Part shown: one piece after another, positions 1 through 12,641 of the stretch
Layout of the letters: each line of letters starts with the position of its first letter
Position numbering within the stretch: the stretch's first letter is position 1
NCBI GenBank assembly: GCA_043228905.1
Contig: JBHGNT010000013.1
Span: 4,898,001 to 4,962,000, forward strand
Reading direction: 5' to 3'
DNA length: 64,000 nt
Source: Azolla caroliniana
Taxonomy: Eukaryota; Plantae; Polypodiophyta
Program-made: the position numbers and the translations under genes
The notes under the pieces: model-generated
What the model was told of the DNA's origin: nothing
What the model saw: only the letters and a program-made list of their open reading frames with translations
Databases searched by the model: none

Positions 1-968
1 TGTGCCTCGAAACAAATACAATTGAATGTTTGATGTATCTACAAATGCATGTATGGCCAATGTTAACTTGCTCGGAGTTCTTATACTGAGCAGTCTATGT
101 GGTATTCTAAGACAAATCAAGCTTCCTAGAATGGTTTTCTGTTAGCACCTCTACCAAGGCTTCAACCTCCACAAACTTGACTTGCAAATAACTAGGGCAT
201 GACTCGCAAAGGAGAGGCCACCGGGACACATCTCATGGCTTGTGCCTCCAAAAGCAATTGAACATGGATGGTGACAAATCCACACTTATACTATGCCAAC
301 AAAGAAGAAGAATTTTTATACCTGTTGTGAACACAAACTATGTGTAGGGCCATGGGGGGCTTTCGTTAAGCCAACCTTATGAATGAAATCAATAATATTA
401 GATATGTTATTAGATAGATAGTTAGTTGTCTTTGTGTCTTTTTCTGTTTGTTTATGTGTATGTAGTAATTGGTCGTTGGTTTGACGTCCCTTCGTATAGG
501 TTCCAGAATCTTTCAATGAGCGAGTTATGGTCTTTTCATTCTTATGTGAAATGTTTCGTCATTAGTTGTGTGGCATTTCATGAATGAGAATCGAAGCACA
601 CACGTATATGTACATATGATCGCTGCACGTTCCGTTTTTTAAAAGAAAATTCATCGTGTAGACCTAGGCCAGGTCGGCCGCCCAAAATGCCCCTTTTGTT
701 TTTACCTACGGACACCAACCATACTGCTCACAATAAGTAAGTGATTAACTAAATAAGTGTGTAATTAAGTGAGTAAGTAAGTAAGTAAGACAGTAATTAA
801 AAAACAAACTTAATAAGTAATTAAGCAAGTACTTAAGAAAGTAAGTGAGTAATTAAGTAGGTAAAAACAAGCAAAGAAACTTATATAAGTATGTAAGTAC
901 GTATTTAAACAAGCAAACAACCTTCTATATAAATAAATTAGAGAGAAGAAAAAAAAGAACTAATTTAG

Positions 969-970
<2 letters not shown>

Positions 971-1006
<36 letters not shown>
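971..1006. repeat. (CT)n microsatellite in 5' region of gene at 1360
   Basis: tctctttctctctc... run. Confidence 0.9.
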
Positions 1007-1010
<4 letters not shown>

Positions 1011-1044
1011 TCCATCCCTGATACACCTGCTCTTCCCATACCTG

Positions 1045-1080
1045 CCCTAACCCTAACCCTAACCCTAACCCTAACCCTAA
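1045..1080 (+). repeat. (CCCTAA)6 telomere-like / telo-box array
   Basis: Six perfect CCCTAA units ~280 bp upstream of the ATG at 1360. Confidence 0.9.
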
Positions 1081-1359
1081 ATCTCCATAGCCTCCGCTGC
1101 CTCAGAAACCCGCCATCGCCGCCGTTTCTTGCTTCCCCTCCTCTCCACACTTCTTTGTTCTGCTCTCCTCCACGCCCGCGCGGCTTCACACACAGATGTG
1201 ATTCGATCACGCCAATTCTCGGTGAATCTGTCTCTGCCAATTCTCGCAATCCTTACCCGATCTTCGTTCCGAATCCTCCAACCCTATCTACAATTTAACC
1301 TGCATTCTGCTCGCACACCTGAATCCCTTCTTCCGTCTTTTTGCTTCTTTTCTCCTGTC

Positions 1360-2214
1360 ATGGCGTCCCCTACTCCACATCTCCACCACGTTCCTGATTC
1401 CTCTCCGCAGACTGCTTCCGTTGTTGTTCTTCCGTCATCTTCTCCTCCACATACCGTCAAGGATTCAGAGCCGTCTATGGATTCTTCCTCTGCCTGTTCT
1501 TGCTCGGCGTCGGAAACGTCCTCCTCCAATGCCGACCAACGCCTCAATCAGAGATCAAGATGCAGGGAAACGGAGGCGCGAAATGGCGTACGAACAGGCA
1601 ATCCGAGAGGTGGACAAACAGAAAGAAATAATGGGACAGAGGACAGGAGGAAGGAGAAGACTCAAAGCGAAGGCAAGTGTAAGGTGAAGAAGGAGATTGA
1701 TGCTGATGATACCAAGGAGGTCTTAGGGATGCGAAGGTTCCATGGCAATTTATGTTTTAAATGCGCTGCTGGCTTTACTGCAGACTGTGCAGCTGTCTGT
1801 TGCTGCCCCCTGGCTTTGCTTCACCTTGCAGCTATGGCGTTCATCAGGCTCCCCTCTGCAATGGTGTGGAAGATGCTGCTAAATCTGAAGAACAAATCTT
1901 GTCTGAAGAAGAAGACGATGAAAAAGAAGAAAACCAAGCAGAAACAGAAGAAGGAAAGAACAGGAGAAATAGAAGAAGAAGAAGAAGAAGAAGTTAACGA
2001 TTCTTATGGCGATGATAATGATGAAACTGTAAAGCCGCCATGGCGTAGAGGTTCTCCTGCTCAGGAGGCTTACATGAGTAGGCCCACTTCTCCTTTTCTT
2101 CATCTTCATCATCATCATGGTATTCAGATTGTGAGCTTTGACAGTGAGAATTTGTTTCAGCATTTCCAGACTGAACAGATGGATTTTGGTGGCTTTGTGC
2201 AGAAGAATGAATGA
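1360..2214 (+). CDS. Intronless plant uncharacterised protein (284 aa) with conserved ADCAAVCCCP-hydrophobic helix motif
   Basis: First in-frame ATG at 1360 (the ORF track start at 1129 is a TTG). Ser-rich N-terminus, 'FTADCAAVCCCPLALLHLAAMAFIRLP' motif typical of a land-plant family of unknown function, Lys- and Glu-rich tracts, C-terminal 'F...MDFGGF' motif. Confidence 0.8.
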   Translation: MASPTPHLHHVPDSSPQTASVVVLPSSSPPHTVKDSEPSMDSSSACSCSASETSSSNADQRLNQRSRCRETEARNGVRTGNPRGGQTERNNGTEDRRKEKTQSEGKCKVKKEIDADDTKEVLGMRRFHGNLCFKCAAGFTADCAAVCCCPLALLHLAAMAFIRLPSAMVWKMLLNLKNKSCLKKKTMKKKKTKQKQKKERTGEIEEEEEEEVNDSYGDDNDETVKPPWRRGSPAQEAYMSRPTSPFLHLHHHHGIQIVSFDSENLFQHFQTEQMDFGGFVQKNE

Positions 2215-2441
2215 TACTTCCTTCTTGGCCTCAATACCCGAGGTCAGCATGCTATTTATGCCAAGATTAGTGGTTGCTTGATTAGCAAATATCTCTTGCG
2301 ATTTAATGATTACAATAATTCTGGTGCTCCTAATCATGTGACATTAGCAAAGACATGGTATGATTTAGCAAAAATCTGGCATGTATTTGGTATCTACCTG
2401 ATGTAATCATGGCGATCAAAGATGATTGTACTATCAGCTTG

Positions 2442-2626
2442 ATGTGTGATTAGCATCATCTCTGAATACAGTTGGTATGGATGCAAAAGATTGATGTGAA
2501 AATGCAGCATTATTCAGGACAGTTCATGTGTGATTAACATCATCTCCGAATGCAGTTGGTATGGATGCAAAAGATTGATGCGAAAATGCAGCATTATTCA
2601 GGACAGTTTATGTGTGATTAGCATCA
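2442..2626. repeat. 84-bp tandem repeat (~2.2 copies) in putative 3' UTR
   Basis: atgtgtgatt recurs at 2442, 2526 and 2610 with near-identical intervening sequence. Confidence 0.85.
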
Positions 2627-3949
2627 ATGTGTAAGTGTGATGAACATCGAAGTGAAGGTGCAATTGACATCAATGCAAAGCTGTAATTAGCATCAATATG
2701 GAGATGGGATTAGCAGCATCAATCAGAATACATTATTCATTATTATTGAACAATCTGCCACAAATACACAGTAAGGGTGTGGAAGGAATTGCCATATTTT
2801 TCTCTCAATTATTTTGAAGGTTTACAAAATCATATTAGGCTGATTGGAATAAACACACACCAGAGTGATTCCTTAATCATGTACCCATTTTACAATCATA
2901 TTTGGTCTGCATCCTATTCTCCTCAATGCTGAAGGAAATTAGGTTTTATGTGGGAAAATATATAATCTTTATGCAATGCCATGATTTCTTAAATCATAGC
3001 AACATATGTGCGTCTACCCATTCTCTTTCAATTGTTATTTTCACTCATGGATATCATTATATAATGCTTTGGATTATTGAATCAATTAACTTGGTTCCAT
3101 TTTCACATTTGGCTTTAAATTTGCATTATGTTCCATGGGAGATTACAACAGGGCTGAGCCCATGCCGAGGATTGGAACCGGGATTCTCTAAATTTGATGA
3201 CCTTGGTGATACATTGGAAACCACGAAGCCCTAACAACGAGGAAGGATTCACCCACTATCACCCTCACCTTGCATTGTGAAGTTTGAGGAGCTTGGATTA
3301 GCAAACTATGCGAATGACCGATCAAACATGGTCAAAATCCAAGGGAGGTTATTGTCTTCTGAAAAAGTCGATGGTATGTCATAAGGTCTCGAAGATTATA
3401 GAAACTTTCAGAATCTTGTTTTATGAAACATATGTTTGGACAACCCAAAGTATCATTTATGTTGAGAAGATTCTAGGAACTTTTTGGAATGCTCCTTCTC
3501 TAATGACAAGTTCTATAGGGTGGCATAGTTGCATTACTAAGTTTCGGAAGTTCATGAACCTTGCACTATGTCCTAGCTTTAGGTGCCATCAAGGAACTTT
3601 GGAGGAATCTTCCATGTCTATGGTATACATCCACACAATAGGCTCTCTTTGGGTTAGGAGCAAGTTATGGAGGGACATTAGTAAGATCATTTAGTAGATT
3701 GGAGGGCTCATCCAAAACCCCACAAACTCTTCATATCCATGTCCCCCTCCACGACAAATAGAATAGGCTTCCTTTGGCTTAGACATATGTTGGGTGAATT
3801 TTTGAACCTTGGTAAGTTTATTTAAAAGATTGGAATAATAATATACAAACCTTGAAAATATTAATGTCCCTTGATTCACTTAACAAAGAATAGCAATGGC
3901 TAAACCTAGTAATAATTCAGGTACAATAACATGATTAAGGATTGCTGTT

Positions 3950-6210
3950 TTTCTTCAAAAAACGATATCCATTCATTAGTGTAAACAATTTACAAAGTTT
4001 TGATTCCCATGTGATCGACGGGGGAAACAACCATTTTGGTGGTTGAAGATGTCAACAAGGAGTGCCCTTCTTCGAGGTCATAAGTGGGGTAGATGTCCAC
4101 AAAATAAAAAAGCGATGGTGCTGAGTAGCTTTATCCTCAATCTCTAACAATACAATCCCTTTGACCCTTCAAAGTGTGAACCATGTCCAACCAAATACAT
4201 TTAACCAATTCAGTTGGTGAGGCTCTAACTTGATGAAAAATGAGAGAGCACCGAGGCTTCCATATGTAATATGCAATAATACTACTCAATATCTCCCATA
4301 ATGGTTGTATCGCCTTCCTTATTCCTAAAAGCAGACACTAATGTAAGTACACGAACACTTCTAGATTTGGTGTGAAAACCATGGTCCATAGATTCGGCAT
4401 TGTAATAAAAAATAGAGTGGAGAAGTGACATCCAAATTCCAAACCACCATGCCCCATGTGAATATCGATGGGGGAAAGTAGTTAGCAAATATTCTAAGGA
4501 GGCATTGTCATACCAGTTGAGACTCGATGCAGTTCCATAGACAATTTTTCTAAGTTTCCGCTTCAACGAGCACAACTAGAGGATACGCTCATGTTATGCA
4601 GTCACGTGCCAACAGACAAAGCTCAATGCACAAGTAACCACTATACATGAAGTATTTGAAACCAGAACTTTGCATGAAATTTTGGAGTAATACCTTGTTG
4701 ACTCTAGTATTGAAATGCAATTGGCAACACATCTTGTCTATCAGACAACACATGTATTGGATCCCAATCTAATCTGAACAAAAGTTGTTTAGCCAACACC
4801 CACAACTTCCAATGTGACCTAATGTCTTCTATCGGTAGATCAATATACCATTTGTGATAAACGTATCCTATTACCCTTATCTTGTGTTTGATAACGTAAG
4901 CATAATCGATTACCGTTTCCTGCAACAGAGACAATTGAGTTGCGTTATTCCACATCAAAAAATCGGAAGGCCTTATCCTCTAAATACCCCTGTACAATCA
5001 AGAGTACATCCAATCTTGAAAACACCAACCCATCTATGGTGAGAGCTATTGGGTGGTATGGTGATTCTACTCATAGCTTCTTGAATTTGATGATACATTA
5101 ATTGTCCTCCATGCATCCTAACTAGTACTTGCGTTTGCTCTTCCTAGGAGCCTGATGAAAAAACCAGCTAAGTCTTGACTGAGTTAGTAGGACCTTCTGC
5201 CATTTGTCTCCATGCCAACCATTGTCTAGAACCCAACACTAAAGCATCTAATGTTGTAAACAACGGGTTCCATACTACCCTTTGCTTGATATACCCATCA
5301 TAATGCATAGGGTTGGGTTTATTGTAGAGCAAATTAGGTAAAAATTATTTCCATGTAATAAAAACAATTTGAATACATTTGTCCTCCCATCCATGGGATG
5401 AAGGTACTCAAAATGTTTCCATATATACCCAATTTACATCCTTTGACCAAGGTGCACCTAATTGAGGAAAACATTTCGAACAACAGTCAAGTAATGATAC
5501 TTTCCATATCTCCGACCATGATTAAGGATAGTTATGAAGTATTGTTAATAAATCTAGAACACAATCTTATAAATGGAATGGTCAACAAACTTTGACTTTG
5601 TAATAGTAATCAAACTCTTCATATGTTTGACAACATGGACGTGCTTTGGGCATTCAATGCATAACCATTACATTTTTGATAGGCAATTTCATTATTCAAA
5701 TGAGGAGAAATGCATATTGATGTAGAAAGATGCCATTGTAATTTGTTGCCCACTTGTGGTTAAACTACCTCCATAGATGGATAACAAAGAAGACCGACAT
5801 GGAGCTCCTCACTAGAGGTGGATGGTGAATGCCAAGCATCTATTTTGCAAGAGCAAAAGGAGTCTCATGCATGAAAAGTTCATCTCATTAGGAAACAAGG
5901 TAAACTACCATGTTACTACCAACAAGGGATTCCAAAGAAAATAATGTCGAATGCATGTGTGGAGAAAAACACGAGAACCAACGACCTCTAAGGAATGGAC
6001 CAAGAAGTTCCTGCAACAAAGATGTAAAGCCAACTACATTGAACAAGAAGAAGCAATGTTGAAACTTGGGCAAAAATGCCCCAACCAAAACAATGTATGT
6101 ATTGTGTGAATCGAGGCTGAAAATCAACATTGGCCTTAGGGCAATGATCCCAATATAGAGACAAAGTATAGTTTAGGCAAATCAAGACCCCAAGTATGAG
6201 CAATGACTGC
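3950..6210 (-). mobile_element. Degenerate 5'-truncated LINE (L1-type) ORF2 relic
   Basis: Minus-strand fragments: YLGV (end of RT) near 6190, LPVG/zf-RVT-like region ~4600, 'LWEILSSIIAYYIWKPRCSLIF..ELVKCIWLDMVHTLKG' C-terminus ~4170-4300; many stops and frameshifts; boundaries approximate. Confidence 0.65.
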
Positions 6211-7729
6211 TTTGTTCACACATTCAACCCACAATATTTTTAGCTTTATAGTTATCACTATCAGTTTACTATGATTTTACTTTAACCAAGAGCATGCAAA
6301 CTGATAGTTTCCCTGGGGACAAAACTTCATCACATAGAAAAATTAGCGATATATGTTAAAGAATTGCAGATCGAAAGAAACTCTTGAGAATTTCAAGCAA
6401 TAACTATAAACAAATTGGTCTCGGAATTCCACAAGCACCTCTCATTTTTCCAAATCCTCAAGAATATATACTACAATTACCCTCTGACATCAAAATCTTC
6501 TCTCTACACACACACACACACCTTTGTTTCAAAAGTTTCTCTTTAGAGTGAGAGAAGATATATATCTCTTTGACATCCACATGAGACCAATGGTAAGGAT
6601 CAAACATGGCTTCCCTCAATTTTATGAAGTTGATGCTACGATTATAACCACCAAACCAGGCAAAGAACAAAACCATGGAGAGATTTTCAAAGAGATGAGA
6701 ATTTTGAGTTTCTATAAATGATAAACAACAAACATAAGACAAAAAGTTTAGCTAATCCCATCTACTTTTATAAAATACACATAAAAACGTAAGGCAAAAA
6801 TTTAGCTCATCTCATCAATATTGCTTAGTTTCCAAGTTTAATTACATTCAAAAGATTTGGTACTATATTGTTACAAGTGATATTTTCCTTGAAAATTCTT
6901 ACCTTCAGAAAGCAAGATTAATTTTATTTTCAAAAAGGGAACTATTCCGTTTCACCTGTCCAGTGTGATATTACAAGTGAGCTAGATATCTCCAGCATAT
7001 ATAATGTTGTGATGAACCTGGACTTCATTGGCAAAGCATGTTTATTTATCAAAGTAATGAGAATTAGTAGACAAATGCTTTGTAAATCACAAAATCCATG
7101 CTAAATACAAATGCATGGGAATACACACTTCAACAGAACTTAACTGCAATTTTAAAATCAGTCATCAGTAAATGTGTATGATTATTGATTAAATGCAATT
7201 TTAATCCAAGCCATAACACATAACACCACATTTCACAATATAGTAGAGGTTTATATCTAAATGGATTTAGGTCGCATCTCAGTTTATATCTAAATGGTTT
7301 TGGGTCAGCCTTGAGCTAGGGCTAAGGTTAGGGCCTGGGCTCAAGCAAGAGCAAGGGCAAAGGTTAAGGTCCAGAACAACAGATGTTTAATAAATGCCAC
7401 TATGATGAATCGTGACAAAGAGAAACTATGATCTCCTCTGATTAAGAGAGTTGGTGATGCATGTATGATTGATCATATGTCGGAAAAGCCAATTCATACT
7501 TTTAAGGAATAGATATCCTTCTCCAATCAAGGTCAAGATTTGGAAATTAATACTTATTGATCCATACCCTCAAAGCAGTAAATATACGAAAATACATATA
7601 ATCCAAAACATTCTTCACGTGAACAAAATCACGTCTTGGTTATATCTAGACAATTTAGGATTAGGGCTGAGGGTTATACTTAGAGTTTAGGCATTAGGGT
7701 TTACGGTTTTTTCATTGAGGACCTAGGGT

Positions 7730-8484
7730 TCATTGATAGCACCATAATGGTGGGATTCCAACGGACATACAATCATTTTCTATATCAGGTAGCAGTTGAT
7801 AAAAATTAGCTCCATCACATTCACCCCCATGATAGCACATCCTCAGATCTGGATTTATGATGGTTTGTGGGTAAACTACCTGATTTGCATCAAAATCTTC
7901 ACAAACATAATCATGATTATGGTCATCTTGAAGCACGACAGAAGTGGAGTCACTATAAGCATGAGCATCTTCACAAACATCATGATCATCATTCCCACCT
8001 TCAACCAACATAGGTGTGGAGCCATTACTACCAATACCAACTTCCATAAGAAATAATCTTCCAACATCATGATTATCTCCACCTTCGATGCAAATAGAAG
8101 TGGAATCATTAACCCCTTCATTTCGCAAAACACTCTGGTTAAGATTTCTCATTTTCTTTTTAATTCTTTCCTTGGATTTCTTTCCCTTTGATGTTGACGA
8201 TGAATGTTTCCGGTAGAGTTGGATCACACAATAATCTTCAACACCATCTATGGTGAATTCCATCATGGAAAAGCGCTTATCATTGGGCTCATCATTCGAT
8301 TCCATAGCCCCAGCTGTTTTCTTATAGGAAAGATATCTTTTTTTGACTCCACCCTCAATATCCACAGGCTGACCAGTCGGTTTCCAGTGATAATCTTCCT
8401 TTGTTGTGCGGTTACCTTTTCGTTTACGAGCACCCACTTTACCTTTAAAGATTCGTTTTGTGATAAACATGCATGATTGATGTT
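7730..8484 (-). CDS. Exon 3: NAC subdomains C-E plus acidic regulatory tail
   Basis: NRTT..YHWKPTG, GVKKRYLSY, FSMMEF, DYCVIQLYRK match NAC C/D/E motifs; acceptor ttttccatgcag| restores frame with exon 2. Confidence 0.8.
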
Positions 8485-11400
8485 CTGCATGGAAAAATTC
8501 AAAACATCAGGGCTCTCCTTCTCTCATATTGTAATGGACTTACACTAGTGATAGCAATTAGGCCATCAACACTTATTGTAAAAAAACTTATCTTGGGTAA
8601 GCAATTAGGCCATAAACACACATCTCTTATCATAATTGTCTTACTCTAGTAGTAAACAATTATGTTATCAACACAAGGTAGTGGATTAAAATCTCTACTT
8701 TCACACATCTTTTTTACACCATCAAAACACAGTAGTTTAAGCATATTTCAGCACTAATCCCCATATGTAGGGCTTTCAAAGTATATTGTTTGCTGAGCAC
8801 ACTAGCAAAGATAGTAAATCAACTAGGACTCCTGCAGATTTTTTCTTTGTAACATGGTTTCATCAAAATAGAGGTTTGTATGAATAAGCCAAACCTTCCT
8901 CATGCTGCCAAGCGTTGCCTCTTTTAAAAATAAAAAAAATACCCTTCAGTAATAAATTTTACGTGAATCTATGCAGGGCCTCACTTAAAGTGGCTTTACA
9001 TGACCCAACTTGATGCACACCTCCACGCACATCAGAAGCCAATGCTAACTGGATAGATTGCATGCCAATTCTTGGGCCTGTCAGCCATGACTCCTCCAGT
9101 CTACAGATCAGTGGCTCCCAACAGTTTCACATTGGCCATGCAATGCTATCTTAATTTCAAGAGTTGGGAGTATCAAGTAAACATAAAATAAAATAATTAT
9201 TAAATAATGTCCTATGAGTAAACAAAATAACATCTGTTAACAATCCCAACTTAGAGTAGTTGGTTGGCTCTAGGTCTCTATAAATGAAAACATTTAGGTG
9301 GTATGGGTTTCAACTAGGTTCCAAATGAGGCCAATTATATGGATTAGGTCCCTATCTCACTCCTTAACAACTAACTATGCTAGTATTAATATGGCAGTAA
9401 ATACCCCTTAATCATAGGTCCATTGTAGCAACCTGATTCTTGGGGTGGTAAATGCCTCTAACAGAGTTGCCCATCTGTCTCTGAAATATCGACCATCCCT
9501 TCAACCCACACGCCCAAAACCAACACTCTGGGAGGCAAAGGCATAAAAGTGCATGTAGACACCTTATGGTGTTGGGGTGCCAGACACCAACAAGATATCC
9601 ACACCTAGCATCAAAAGAGCATTGTGGGGAGAGTGATATACATGGGTTGATTTCCAGCAAGCTGCTCACACCTTGGTCACATATGTACTATGCGTACTAC
9701 ACATCCTCTGATACTCCCATGTTTCACGAGGATGGAGCAAGCCATTATTACATAGTATCTACTATACTACATATTAATGCATTGAAGTTTTATCATGATA
9801 CATGAGTTTTAGACATGTTTTGTCTCAGAGACTGATTTCAACCTCACATCAATAAATGTCCACATAAAACCTTGATACCCTCAGACCATTAATTCATACC
9901 TGGCTTGCCGAGAACTTCCCAAGGATGTTTCGAGAAAAATCCTTCATCAACTGGAATATCTTTAGGCAATTCGATCATATTTTGCACATAGTTCTTCAAC
10001 GAGTCAATGAAATAGTTGATGGTGTGCTCACAGGGCTGCTTCATGACTTCTCTATGCATGTGACCAAAGGAATCACCCTGCATTTGAACATAAATATCAA
10101 ATTAATTAGGATTATTTTTAAATAGCATCAACTTTTGATCCAGATTCAAACTTATTTGATCAACATCACTTCAATTATCAATCAAATTCATAAATTATTA
10201 TTCATAAAAAATACTAAGGGGTTACAGATATATACCAACGAAATAGATCTCACTTGGTTTTAGGGCATGGATAGTAATATCTTATCAAGTTAAATCATGC
10301 TAAGGTATTACCAAATATGCTATGAGAGAGTGAGTATGTGATCATAGGTTTCGTTTTGTTTTCAGTATAGGCCACACAATCTAAATGAACACATGCCTTA
10401 CTCTATATTTGAGGATAGCCTCATTCACCAACCAAATCACAATGACAAGTCAAATTTCTTCTTGGCCACAGAGGAAAGAGGAAAGAGGAAATACTATGAT
10501 AAACCCAGTTTATCACAACCATTCAATGCCAATTAATAAAACCCTTTATCATCATATTTTTCATGAATGTAATCCACCATTTTCCTATTCAATTTTAATA
10601 TTAATGGTGGACTTTTCATGCGTATAATGCATTCTTGGCCTATTCACCCAGTGTATGATGTTACCTTTGTCTATCTACGTTGTTTGTACAAAAGGGTCTC
10701 TAAAAGGCCATTCTCTTCGACACACATAGTTTGGTTCCATATTTATGAGTGACCTACAGGGAGGGATACTCTAGAACCATAAAAAAAATTTAGTTATCTC
10801 ACTTTCCCAATAGTTCCCAATACGATGCTAGAATCTGCATGTCTCGGAGGTTTCCTCTGCCTTGTCACCAAAATGATAGGTCCTAGAACCAAACTCTCAG
10901 GGCTGAATGCGGGCAGAAAGGTAATGCAAATTTTTCTGAAACTTCTCATGAAGAAAATGGACACAGAATCATAGTATGGAAATGTCCTGGCCTTCATGTA
11001 AACAAATAAACATAAGGCGACATAGACAAAGAATTCTTGTGAAGAAACGCACATCTGGCATCATACTGTTAAAATGTCCAAGATTTTTGTGTGCAGAAAA
11101 AATGCAATAAATCACATGCAAAAATGCCAAAGCATTTTCGTATAAAGAAACACAAGGAAGCATAGTTCATGCACATTGTGAAAAAATGAATGCATGGAGA
11201 CATAGTGTGGAAATACCCAAGTCTTTGATTAAAATAAACAAACGGGAACTACTGATGATTGAGCAAATGATACATCAAATAATAAGGAAGGCTTCTTGTG
11301 AACAAATGAAGTCATGGAGTCTAAGGTCTTGCAAATAAATAACTGCATGGAATCATCGCATAGAATTGTAGTAACAGAACATTTCTTGTCAACAATAAAT

Positions 11401-12369
11401 GCATTGAATCATAGCACAAAACAAAAAGTTTTATGAAAAAATTGATACATGGAATCATAGCCCATGACTTCCTGGGAAAAAATAAACATATAGAATTATA
11501 CTGTGAAAACGGCACTCATGAGCAAATGACTACATGAAATCATAGTGTGAAAATATCCTGTGAATAATTAGCCATAAATTTAGGGAGCCAAGGTACCAAA
11601 TGTGCCTCATGAACAGCAAATGCATGAAATGACGGTGTCAAAAAAGTTTGTGTAACAAATAAATACATGAAATGCTAATGCCAATAAAAACTTCTGGTAA
11701 GCAAATAAATACATGGAATTATATAGTGCCAGGATGTTGTGTTCAATAACCATAAATATGACCCATGGAGAGTCGAGCAAGCTCTTGCAAACAATATACA
11801 TACAGTGCCCAGAAATTTCTAGCAAACAAACAAAATACATGGAATCATAGTGTGAAAAATATCATGCAAGAAACACATACCTGAACTGGGGTCGTTGGAT
11901 CATTATCCAGAACTGGCAAGGATGTATTAAGATAATACATTTGGCAATGGTTCCAACCACAAAAATCATAAACTCTACCATGTATTCTCCCATCATCGGC
12001 ACAACTGATCTCGACAAACACATGTTTCTTGCATTCCGGAAAGCGACAGATCTGTTGAGGGCTTATTTTCAACTGAAAATCTCTAAGCCAACGAAGATAA
12101 TGGAGCCTTGAACACCAAGAATGGCCTGAATAAGATTCTCTCACACAACCCTCAAAACCACAGACGTGAGGGTTCCTAAGAGTGTAGAAAGGTTTAAGTA
12201 CATGGTCTTGTTGAGGATTAAGGGCACAAAACCTTTGACACATGACTTGAAGATGATGAAGGCGTCCACAAGCTACGGCCGTACTCTTTTTCTGCTGCTG
12301 ATGCTTGCTTGACCCATCATTGAAAATAGGGTTTGGACAACCAGGAAACTGGCATAATCCATCCTCCAT
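7730..12369 (-). CDS. Predicted 3-exon gene (473 aa): three C-x4-C-xn-C-x3-H zinc-finger-like repeats fused to a divergent NAC domain plus acidic C-terminus. Exons 12369-11881, 10077-9900, 8484-7730
   Basis: GT-AG introns with matching phases (intron 1 phase 0, intron 2 phase 1); spliced CDS of 1422 nt is open to the stop at 7730; NAC subdomain motifs present. Confidence 0.7.
9900..10077 (-). CDS. Exon 2: NAC subdomains A-B (divergent)
   Basis: YFIDSLKNYV...IPVDEGFFSKHPWEVL resembles NAC 'YL..K...IP..D.Y..EPWDLP'; acceptor TGCAG preceded by CTAAT branch-like motif; donor CAG|GTATGA. Confidence 0.75.
10960..11870. repeat. Degenerate ~50-60 bp tandem repeat inside intron 1
   Basis: Recurrent (a)tacatggaatcatagtgtgaaa core. 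Confidence 0.6.
11881..12369 (-). CDS. Exon 1: three Cys/His zinc-finger-like repeats
   Basis: ATG at 12369; CQFPGC..CGRLH, CGFEGC..CSRLH, CRFPEC..CGWNH; ends at donor CAG|GTATGT. Confidence 0.7.
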
Positions 12370-12641
12370 AGATGACCTTGAGGTGGGTCGGGTTCGGATT
12401 TGTGAGATATGGCTTTCTGCTGAGATGGGCAAAACAGAGCTCTCTCTGTCTCTGTCTCTCTCTCTCTGTCTCTCTGTCTATGTGTTTCTCTGATTTAGTT
12501 CATCTTTTTGCTCTCTTCTTCACATTGCAAGGAGATTATGAGTTTGCATCATGAATGGTGTCATCATAAAGAGAACAAACACTCACATTCATCATAGACT
12601 ATCTACATATCTATCTTTCTATCTTTCGTCGAGTGCGCGCC

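Noticed and set aside
1129-1359. Signal-peptide-like N-terminal extension of the first gene
   Set aside because: Starts at TTG in pyrimidine-rich 5' UTR-like sequence; the first ATG is at 1360
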